From positions 1,888,001 through 1,952,000 of the forward strand of contig CAWGJT010000005.1 of the NCBI GenBank assembly GCA_963822965.1: a stretch of 64,000 nucleotides of DNA. Direction: 5' to 3'. The notes beneath the pieces are model-generated. The model was not told the DNA's origin and did no database searches. It saw only the letters and a list, made by a program, of their open reading frames with translations. The DNA comes from an uncultured delta proteobacterium (GTDB lineage: Bacteria; Myxococcota_A; UBA9160; UBA4427). Shown piece after piece: positions 1-9,103 of the stretch; within the stretch, counting starts at the first letter, position 1, and every line of letters starts with the position of its first letter. Made by a program: the position numbers and the translations under genes.

Positions 1-150
1 CCCGAAGGGCTGATAGGTGAACGTCTCCTCCACGCTCCCCGCGTGACCCGACAGCGCCAGCACCGACTCCAGCGCGTCGTGTAGCTCGTGGTCTTGCCGG
101 CACCACGTTGGGATCGGTGCTGCCAACATGAGAGGTTGCTTCCGCCCGGA

Positions 151-1047
151 TCACTGAACAGCACCAGATTGTTTCCAACATACGCATACCAACGCATAGA
201 GGCGAACCGGATCTACCCACGAGAGATCGAGTACCAGTCGCTCCGCCTCCCGTCCATGGATGACGAGGATCGGCCTTCGGGGCGCGCGGGCCGCGAGCTT
301 GAGGAAAACGCCGGTCACCTGGCTCCAGCCAATTGAGCGAGTCCCGTGAGCTTCTCGCAAGACGATGCCAGCAGGTTCCGATACCAGGACCGAGAGCGGC
401 TGCCGTCGATGGAGCCGATAGGAGCCAAGAACGATGAACGCCCCGAAGCCCCCGAGAACCAGAACAGGTATCCAAACACCCTGCATGGCTGGCAGCATCG
501 CCAGCGCGAGCGCGGGGGTGGCGGTCATCAGCGGCAACACCATCGCCCTCGCCAGAGAGGGCCTGACAAGTTCCAGGGGAAGCGAGTAGGCATTCGTGAT
601 CCATTGCGCTCGCCGGGCAATGATCGCAACCAGTTCGCCTGCGTGCTCGATCTCATAGTAGATTCGATGGACTCGGCTCCCGCCGCACCCTACCAACGCG
701 AGATGCGGATCTGCGCTTCGCCAGACGTGACGGATCTCTCGAATCTCTTGCCAGGGTAGAGTCTGTTCTTGCCCCTCACCGTGGACAAAGACCAGTTCCT
801 TCACTCGGCACAGAATGACGCCCCGGCGGCCTCTTCCGCCTCGCAGCATCACCCAACACAACATTGCCGCCGGGACCAAGAGCCCGGATACGATCGCCAG
901 GGCCACCGGCTCGGTCCGATTGACCACGATCACCCCAACGCCGCCGAGGACGAGTACCAGGATGAAGCCCGCGCTCGCGAGGCATATCATGCGGCCGTTG
1001 GGCGCATATGAGAATCGGACGGCGGTGGCGCCTGATAGCTCCATCAT
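151..1047 (-). CDS. Membrane protein, putative Rhs immunity protein for CT1 (copy 1)
   Basis: Directly downstream of CT1; two units of paired hydrophobic segments plus a beta-rich region (W-x-E/Q-I/V motif typical of bacterial PH-like domains). Confidence 0.65.
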   Translation of the reverse strand: MMELSGATAVRFSYAPNGRMICLASAGFILVLVLGGVGVIVVNRTEPVALAIVSGLLVPAAMLCWVMLRGGRGRRGVILCRVKELVFVHGEGQEQTLPWQEIREIRHVWRSADPHLALVGCGGSRVHRIYYEIEHAGELVAIIARRAQWITNAYSLPLELVRPSLARAMVLPLMTATPALALAMLPAMQGVWIPVLVLGGFGAFIVLGSYRLHRRQPLSVLVSEPAGIVLREAHGTRSIGWSQVTGVFLKLAARAPRRPILVIHGREAERLVLDLSWVDPVRLYALVCVCWKQSGAVQ

Positions 1048-1170
1048 TGCGAGGAACTACATCCATCGCTGTCTCTTCGGACGTGAGCAGCAGATCCGCA
1101 GAATCGCGCATCGCACCTCGGCCAGGCAGCGCGCGGAGCACTCTTCGGGCAGCTTCGGGCCCTGATTACG

Positions 1171-2336
1171 CTACTTGCCATAGGGCGAGTCGAGGAGTCC
1201 GGCGTTGCCGCCGCGCGTGGACAAGGCGCTGAAGCCAAGCTCGGTAGGGGCGCCATTGGTCGGAACAGGCTGGGTCAACTGCTCGCTGAACAACACGTTC
1301 GTCGCGCTTCCGGCCGCTAGATCGTAGAAGCCAAGTGTGGCCGCGATGACTTGCTGCTGCGCGAGGCTGTACAGGGCTTCACCGCCCACGGCCGTCGCAG
1401 TGCTCGCGCTTGCAGCGACAAGCGATGGAAGAACCGCGACGCCCGCCCCGCCGAACCCGCTGTTGTTGGCGATCGACCAGTCGACCTGGTCGAAGCCGTA
1501 CTCTACCGCCTGTGGACCTGCACTGCCGGCGAAGCCACCAGCATATCCACTTGCAACACCGCCGGCGAAGGCGGCGGTCGTCTCCGAGGCACCCAGTGCA
1601 CCCACCACGTAGGTCGTGCCAGCACCCAACGTGCCACCAATCACAAGTCCCGAGAGTCCTCCCACAACGACCCCTTGCCACACGTCACCGCCCGTGAGGT
1701 ACGCGGTGGCTCCACCGCTTGCTGCACCAATGGCCGCACCTACCACCGCACCCACGCACCACGGACACTGACCCTTCGGATCGTTGAACCGAAGCGGATT
1801 GTTCCCCGCATACGCATACAGGTTCACGTCCCCGCCGCCCAGCCCCAGCGGGTCGGGCGACAGGAAGCGGCCCAGGTCCGGGTCGTAGTAGCGCGCGCGG
1901 TAGTAGTAGAGCCCCGTGTCCGCGTCGAACTCCCGGCCCGTGTAGCGCAGCGCGTTCGGGCTCTCGCCCGTCTGCGCGAGTACGCCCCCGAATGGCGCGT
2001 ACGTGACCTTCTCCTCCACGCTCCCCGCGTGCCCCGACAGCGCCAGCACCGACTCCAGCGCGTCGTGGTGGAACGTGTAGCTCGTGGTCTTGCCGGCGGC
2101 GTCCAGGTAGTCGCCCACCACCACCTCGTCGATCACCGAGCCCCGCAGGAACTTCGCCTGCAGCGACCCCGTTCCGTCGTAGATCGACTCGAGGTTCTCG
2201 CCCTCCAGGTGGTACTGCTGCACCGCGCCCCCGGCCGTGCGCCGGATCCGGTAGCCGCGCGGGTCGTAGGCGTACGCGCTCGTCCCGAACGGGCCCGTCG
2301 CCGACTCCACCTGGCCCCGGTCGTTGCGCGTCAGCC
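1171..2336 (-). pseudogene. Orphan Rhs cassette: core 3' fragment + CT1 (Gly/Ala-rich tip)
   Basis: YYRARYYDPDLGRFLSPDP...YAGNNPLRFNDPKG signature; core homology begins abruptly at ~2336 with no credible start. Confidence 0.85.
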
Positions 2337-2374
2337 GATGTCGTATGACCGCCCGATCAGGTGGGACCGTCCCG

Positions 2375-2809
2375 TCACCTCGCGGTTCGAACGTCAACCG
2401 CATACTTCGCATGTTCGGCGGTGGATGGCGTCCTTGTCCCTGTGAGACGGAACGCCACATCCGCGTGACTTGGGACGAACACGGATTCGGTGGGATCGTA
2501 GATCACATCCAGGAGCTTGCCTTCATCGTCGAGGAACTTCACCTCCACCTGCACATCCTTCCAGGCACGTTGACTCGAATTTCTGATCGTCCCAACGCAG
2601 TGGACCATCTCGGCATCCCCTTGGGATTCCGGATCCACTCTCGAATCGACAATGGAGAGGGCGTCTCGGAAGTCCATGTGTTCTACTTGAGCTATCTCGA
2701 AGCTCCTCAGCTGCCACAATCCGTACATGACAAGCAGCACCAGAAGGCCGTACCGCAAGGCGAGCGACGGCTTCCACAGGCACCGCTGGCCATTCCCGGA
2801 TCGGTCCAC
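2375..2809 (-). CDS. FxLYD-like membrane-anchored protein, putative immunity for CT4
   Basis: N-terminal hydrophobic helix, then VGTIRNSS...VQVEVKFLDDEGKLLD; GTG at 2809 with GAGG overlapping the CT4 stop region. Confidence 0.6.
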   Translation of the reverse strand: MDRSGNGQRCLWKPSLALRYGLLVLLVMYGLWQLRSFEIAQVEHMDFRDALSIVDSRVDPESQGDAEMVHCVGTIRNSSQRAWKDVQVEVKFLDDEGKLLDVIYDPTESVFVPSHADVAFRLTGTRTPSTAEHAKYAVDVRTAR

Positions 2810-2816
2810 GCTGCAC

Positions 2817-3587
2817 TCACCTCGTTTTGACGTAGGCAGACGACGCCTGCGGTGAGTTCGGAGTACTCGGATACAAGCCTCCCTGCACCGTGGAATCCAG
2901 AATTGGTACCGGTGATCCACTGCCGGATGCCGAACCCATCAGATGGCCCAGCCCGCCAAGCAGGTCGATGCTTCCGCTCGCCACTGTAGCCGTTGAACTC
3001 AACGTAATCGGGAAGTCGAAATCAAACAGCGAGGCACTAGCCGTCAGGCCAGCGGGCTGACCAGTCTCTAGGTCGGTCGAATACTGGACTCCGACCGGCG
3101 GAATCGGCACACCGAGCAGCGCAGACACGAACGAAGTCACGAAGGAGATCTCTCCACCTACGTTAAGCGTGTCATTGTGGACATCCGCTGTGTAGCCCGC
3201 AAATGCGCTGAGCCCGGAGTCGAGCCCATTGCCCTCGTTCCTCTCATAGAACAGACCCGCCTCGAGCCCTCTGCCCACTTCTCCCGTTCCTACATAGACT
3301 CCCACGGAAACCTCAGATCCCTTCTCAACATTTTGCGGTTGGCACGGCCACCCAAGACACGACAGTGTCAACCCGAATTTGGCATCCTCGAGCCCCATCG
3401 GATCACTGGCCACCAGCGGGTTGTTCCCCGCATACACATACAGGTTCACGTCCCCGCCCGCGAACCCCAGCGGGTCGGGCGACAGGAAGCGGCCCAGGTC
3501 CGGGTCGTAGTAGCGGTCGTTGCGCGCTAGCTGGTAGACGACGTTGCCCGCCCCGTCCTTCCGGCCGCTGAAGGCCCGGTCTGTCAA
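2817..3587 (-). pseudogene. Orphan Rhs cassette C: internally deleted core fragment + intact CT4
   Basis: RKDGAGNVVYQLARNDR fused directly to YYDPDLGRFLSPDP...DPMG, then a unique ~190-aa tip. Confidence 0.8.
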
Positions 3588-3604
3588 TAGGAAGGCACGT
3601 CGAG

Positions 3605-4478
3605 CTACGCCGGGCGACCTCGCGAGTCATCGAGCACGCACTCGAGCGCATGGAAACAGCCGATCGGATTGTCACCAAGCCAGGGAAACCTCCGAGCCCC
3701 TCCCGACGCCAGATCGAGCTGAAGATCGAGGAGGAAAAGCAGCCAGCGCGACCAACGCAAAGCCGAACCGCATCGATCTCGCTCAAGCTCCACTGCGACG
3801 CGCGAAGTAGCGATGACACAGTCAGACTCCGATGATCAACGCGAATCTGTCTCGCAGGCACGATGGTTAGAAACACCAGAAGAACGAACAAGAACGAGCC
3901 AGGAATGATCAGCGACGAGAGAGCTTCACCCCAATGACCCATCACCAGCCAGTAGGCCGTGACAACGAAGAATGGAAGGAAAAGCGTGGCTAGCAGAGCC
4001 ATGCCGCGCCAGCGAATACCGCTCGGAGCCTGAGTCCTGAATGGGGTCCGAGCAACCAGGTGGGGCGTGCGTCGAAGGAGAGCCTCCAGAAGGACGTCGG
4101 CATCCGGGATCGAGAGCGGAAAGGAGATGGAGGCCGCGCTCTCGCATTTGCGAAAGAGTTCGAGCGCCGTACCTCCGACAGTGACGTACCGGACTTGAGC
4201 AATTTCACCCCAAGCAATCCGGCTCGTGCTCCCTGCAGAGTCGATTCGGCTGACGCCCGCCTCATCGGTCTGGAATCGCAAGGCACGTGGAGCAGATCTC
4301 CGATGCACTAGAACCGAACCGACCAGCAGCTGGAGCGATAATGCACCCACGAAGAGAACGATCGGCAAAGGAGCCTTCGCGCCCACTAGGAATAGAAGTG
4401 CCACGAGCGCAGGAGAAGCCCCACGAGAGCGATCGCAGCCGGAGCCGCTCGAGGTGAAGTCATCTTGAGCTCGGTCAC
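3605..4478 (-). pseudogene. Membrane protein, putative immunity for CT3, apparently frameshifted
   Basis: TM-TM-PH-like x2 layout like 151-1047; reading frame switches near 4410 and 3765, continuing as LRWSRWLLFLLDLQLDL... Confidence 0.6.
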
Positions 4479-4576
4479 GATGAAGCCTCGGGGACCTACG
4501 ATTCCCCCGAACCCCCCCCTGCTACAGCGAGGCTCGACGGCGATCGCCGTGGTTCACGTCAGTGTGCCATGGTTGG

Positions 4577-6144
4577 CTACTTCGAGTAGACGCCGACCAG
4601 TGGGTAGAGGGGCGGTTGACTCGAATACATCGTTCCGCCGGAAGAACTGGAAGCCGATCCAGCAGAAGCGCCACCGCCTCCGAGTTGAAAGTTGGGAGTC
4701 AGAAAATCTGGTCCCGTGAGGCTGGGTAGCTGTCCTCCAACCACGCTACCGACCAGGTCGACCGATGCGGCTTGCACGCCATAGGCGGCTTCCAGTGAAA
4801 TTCCGCCGAGCGAGAAGGCCTCGGGTGCCGAAAATGCCCCAAAGGCGGAGGAGACGCCAAGCTCGGCGGCCGCCTCGGCTGCACCGATGGTGCCGGGCAA
4901 TATCGATCCAACACCGCCCGCAACCCCGGACACAGCGACCTGCGTATAGTTGATCTGGTTTCCTAGCAGTGACTGCCCCAGCAGATTGCTCGTCGCTCCG
5001 CCGTTCGACCCGGCGGAACCGTTCCAGCAAATGCCGTATCGGTCGTCGCGCTAGCACCGAAGTACTCAAGCGCAACGGCACCTACGCCCGTGCCGGAAGC
5101 GGGCCGGCTCCAGCCCAAGCAAAGTACTGGTTGCAATCGACGCTGCTGTCGCGTTGGGAAGCTTGCCCGCCCTGGCGATGACCGCACCTGCAACTCCACC
5201 AATGATGGCTCCAACGATACACGTCGGGCACTTGCCACTCGGATCACTGGCCACCAGCGGGTTGTTCCCCGCATACGCATACAGGTTCACGTCCCCGCCC
5301 GCGAACCCCAGCGGATCCGGCGACAGGAAGCGGCCCAGGTCCGGGTCGTAGTAGCGCGCCCGGTAGTAGTAGAGGCCCGTGTCCGCGTCGAACTCCCGGC
5401 CCGTGTAGCGCAGCGCGCTCGGACTCCCGCCCGTCTGCGACACCAGCCCCCCGAATGGCGCGTACGTGACCTTCTCCTCCACGCTCCCCGCGTGCCCCGA
5501 CAGCGCCAGCACCGACTCCAGCGCGTCGTGGTGGAACGTGTAGCTCGTGGTCCTGCCGGCGGCGTCCAGGTAGTCGCCCACCACCACCTCGTCGATCACC
5601 GAGCCCCGCAGGAACTTCGCCTGCAGCGACCCCGTTCCGTCGTAGATCGACTCGAGATGCTCCCCCTCCAGGTGGTACTGCTGCACCGCGCCCGCGGCCG
5701 TGCGCCGGACCCGGTAGCCGCGCGGGTCGTAGGCGTACTGGCTCGTCCCGAACGGACCCGTCGCCGACGCCACCTGCCCCCGGTCGTTGCGCGTCAGCCC
5801 GTAGGCGAGGTTGCCCGAACCGTCCCGGCGCGCGGTCACCGCACCGTTGTCGTCGTACTCGAAGGTGGCGAGCAGCGGACCGTTCTCGTCGGTCTGGTGG
5901 ATCGCCTCCAGCCGGTTCGCCACGCCCGTCACGAAGTAGCGCGTGCCCGCGTTCGTCGTCTCGATCTGGCGGTTGCCCACGGCGTCGTACGTGTACGAGA
6001 CGTAGCTCGCGTCCCCGGGGTTGCCCACGAAGGTCAGGCGATTGAGCGCATCGTAGCCCCGCGCGATGCCCACCCCGTCGTCCCAGATCCCCGTGATGTT
6101 GCCCGTGGCGTCGTGCCCGTAGGTGAGCGACGACACCACCGTGC
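4577..6144 (-). pseudogene. Orphan Rhs cassette B: ~900-bp core fragment + CT3 with about three 1-nt frameshifts
   Basis: Core nearly identical to the main Rhs core (offset ~3304); DPSG-KCPTCIVGAIIGG tip continues across ORFs 5066-6139, 4963-5280 and 4577-4933. Confidence 0.85.
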
Positions 6145-6158
6145 TGAATGACCGCTTA

Positions 6159-6242
6159 CATATCCACTTGCAACACCGCCGGCGAAGGCGGCGGTCGTCT
6201 CCGAGGCACCCAGCGCACCCACGACGTAGGTCGTGCCAGCAC
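6159..6242 (-). repeat. 84-bp internal fragment of CT1 (third copy)
   Basis: Matches 1542-1625 and 8309-8392 with 2 mismatches (GASETTAAFAGGVASGY). Confidence 0.9.
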
Positions 6243-6244
6243 TT

Positions 6245-6868
6245 TCATCCGTGGCTGAGCTGCGGGAGATTGCGGTCCATCTTTGGATGGAGGGCGAGAT
6301 GCGACGGCGCGAGGCCCCAGGGGAAACAGGGATCGTCGAGCGTGTAGGGCTCCTCCCGCCTCACTGTAGCCAGTGTTGTTCCAACTCGTGCGGCCGGTCC
6401 CAAGATCCAGGCCAACCTCAAAGTCAGCAACCTTCAGGAAACTCACTTTGGCGCTGAGTTGGTAGCCCGCTGAGATTTCACCCTGCGGGATATCTGCTAG
6501 CTCGCGCAAGACTCGCCGAACTCCCGAGAGTTCCGTGTGTTGTTGAACCAGCCCATCCGGATCACTCGCGATGAGCGGATTGTTCCCCGCATACGCATAC
6601 AGGTTCACGTCGCCGCCGCCGAAGCCCAGCGGATCCTGTGACAGGAAGCCGCCCAGGTCCGGGTCGTAGTAGCGCGCCCGGTAGTAGTAGAGGCCCGTGT
6701 CCGCGTCGAGCTCCCGGCCCGTGTAGCGCAGCGCGTTCGGCGTCTCGCCCCAGTGCGTCAACACGCCCCCGAAGGGCTGATAGGTGAACGTCTCCTCCAC
6801 GCTCCCCGCGTGACCCGACAGCGCCAGCACCGACTCCAGCGCGTCGTGTAGCTCGTGGTCTTGCCGGC
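6245..6868 (-). pseudogene. Orphan Rhs cassette A: short core fragment + truncated CT2
   Basis: HDALESVLALSGHAG...YYRARYYDPDLGGFLSQDP...DPDG, then a unique tip; 10-bp deletion near 6845 relative to the other cores. Confidence 0.8.
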
Positions 6869-9103
6869 ACCACGTTGGGATCGGTGCTGCCAACATGAGA
6901 GGTTGCTTCCGCCCGGATCACTGAACAGCACCAGATTGTTTCCAACATACGCATACCAACGCATAGAGGCGAACCGGATCTACCCACGAGAGATCGAGTA
7001 CCAGTCGCTCCGCCTCCCGTCCATGGATGACGAGGATCGGCCTTCGGGGCGCGCGGGCCGCGAGCTTGAGGAAAACGCCGGTCACCTGGCTCCAGCCAAT
7101 TGAGCGAGTCCCGTGAGCTTCTCGCAAGACGATGCCAGCAGGTTCCGATACCAGGACCGAGAGCGGCTGCCGTCGATGGAGCCGATAGGAGCCAAGAACG
7201 ATGAACGCCCCGAAGCCCCCGAGAACCAGAACAGGTATCCAAACACCCTGCATGGCTGGCAGCATCGCCAGCGCGAGCGCGGGGGTGGCGGTCATCAGCG
7301 GCAACACCATCGCCCTCGCCAGAGAGGGCCTGACAAGTTCCAGGGGAAGCGAGTAGGCATTCGTGATCCATTGCGCTCGCCGGGCAATGATCGCAACCAG
7401 TTCGCCTGCGTGCTCGATCTCATAGTAGATTCGATGGACTCGGCTCCCGCCGCACCCTACCAACGCGAGATGCGGATCTGCGCTTCGCCAGACGTGACGG
7501 ATCTCTCGAATCTCTTGCCAGGGTAGAGTCTGTTCTTGCCCCTCACCGTGGACAAAGACCAGTTCCTTCACTCGGCACAGAATGACGCCCCGGCGGCCTC
7601 TTCCGCCTCGCAGCATCACCCAACACAACATTGCCGCCGGGACCAAGAGCCCGGATACGATCGCCAGGGCCACCGGCTCGGTCCGATTGACCACGATCAC
7701 CCCAACGCCGCCGAGGACGAGTACCAGGATGAAGCCCGCGCTCGCGAGGCATATCATGCGGCCGTTGGGCGCATATGAGAATCGGACGGCGGTGGCGCCT
7801 GATAGCTCCATCATTGCGAGGAACTACATCCATCGCTGTCTCTTCGGACGTGAGCAGCAGATCCGCAGAATCGCGCATCGCACCTCGGCCAGGCAGCGCG
7901 CGGAGCACTCTTCGGGCAGCTTCGGGCCCTGATTACGCTACTTGCCATAGGGCGAGTCGAGGAGTCCGGCGTTGCCGCCGCGCGTGGACAAGGCGCTGAA
8001 GCCAAGCTCGGTAGGGGCGCCATTGGTCGGAACAGGCTGGGTCAACTGCTCGCTGAACAACACGTTCGTCGCGCTTCCGGCCGCTAGATCGTAGAAGCCA
8101 AGTGTGGCCGCGATGACTTGCTGCTGCGCGAGGCTGTACAGGGCTTCACCGCCCACGGCCGTCGCAGTGCTCGCGCTTGCAGCGACAAGCGATGGAAGAA
8201 CCGCGACGCCCGCCCCGCCGAACCCGCTGTTGTTGGCGATCGACCAGTCGACCTGGTCGAAGCCGTACTCTACCGCCTGTGGACCTGCACTGCCGGCGAA
8301 GCCACCAGCATATCCACTTGCAACACCGCCGGCGAAGGCGGCGGTCGTCTCCGAGGCACCCAGTGCACCCACCACGTAGGTCGTGCCAGCACCCAACGTG
8401 CCACCAATCACAAGTCCCGAGAGTCCTCCCACAACGACCCCTTGCCACACGTCACCGCCCGTGAGGTACGCGGTGGCTCCACCGCTTGCTGCACCAATGG
8501 CCGCACCTACCACCGCACCCACGCACCACGGACACTGACCCTTCGGATCGTTGAACCGAAGCGGATTGTTCCCCGCATACGCATACAGGTTCACGTCCCC
8601 GCCGCCCAGCCCCAGCGGGTCGGGCGACAGGAAGCGGCCCAGGTCCGGGTCGTAGTAGCGCGCGCGGTAGTAGTAGAGCCCCGTGTCCGCGTCGAACTCC
8701 CGGCCCGTGTAGCGCAGCGCGTTCGGGCTCTCGCCCGTCTGCGCGAGTACGCCCCCGAATGGCGCGTACGTGAGCTTCTCCTCCACGCTCCCCGCGTGCC
8801 CCGACAGCGCCAGCACCGACTCCAGCGCGTCGTGGTGGAACGTGTAGCTCGTGGTCCTGCCGGCGGCGTCCAGGTAGTCGCCCACCACCACCTCGTCGAT
8901 CACCGAGCCCCGCAGGAACTTCGCCTGCAGCGACCCCGTTCCGTCGTAGATCGACTCGAGATGCTCCCCCTCCAGGTGGTACTGCTGCACCGCGCCCCCG
9001 GCCGTGCGCCGGACCCGGTAGCCGCGCGGGTCGTAGGCGTACTGGCTCGTCCCGAACGGACCCGTCGCCGACGCCACCTGCCCCCGGTCGTTGCGCGTCA
9101 GCC
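6768..9103. repeat. Direct repeat copy 2 of 1-2336
   Basis: See copy 1. Confidence 0.95.
6918..7814 (-). CDS. Membrane protein, putative Rhs immunity protein for CT1 (copy 2)
   Basis: Identical translation to 151-1047; follows the main Rhs. Confidence 0.65.
   Translation of the reverse strand: MMELSGATAVRFSYAPNGRMICLASAGFILVLVLGGVGVIVVNRTEPVALAIVSGLLVPAAMLCWVMLRGGRGRRGVILCRVKELVFVHGEGQEQTLPWQEIREIRHVWRSADPHLALVGCGGSRVHRIYYEIEHAGELVAIIARRAQWITNAYSLPLELVRPSLARAMVLPLMTATPALALAMLPAMQGVWIPVLVLGGFGAFIVLGSYRLHRRQPLSVLVSEPAGIVLREAHGTRSIGWSQVTGVFLKLAARAPRRPILVIHGREAERLVLDLSWVDPVRLYALVCVCWKQSGAVQ

Larger units (their letters stand above)
1..2336. repeat. Direct repeat copy 1 (copy 2 at 6768-9103, offset 6767 bp); runs off the left window edge
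   Basis: Position 1 matches 6768; ORF pairs 151-1047/6918-7814 and 88-336/6855-7103 are identical; match ends at ...ttgcgcgtcagcc (2336/9103). Confidence 0.95.

Noticed and set aside
1..9103. CRISPR array, DGR or IS explanation for the repeats
   Set aside because: Repeats are coding Rhs cores; no short regular repeat-spacer pattern, no reverse transcriptase or transposase, and substitutions are not adenine-specific
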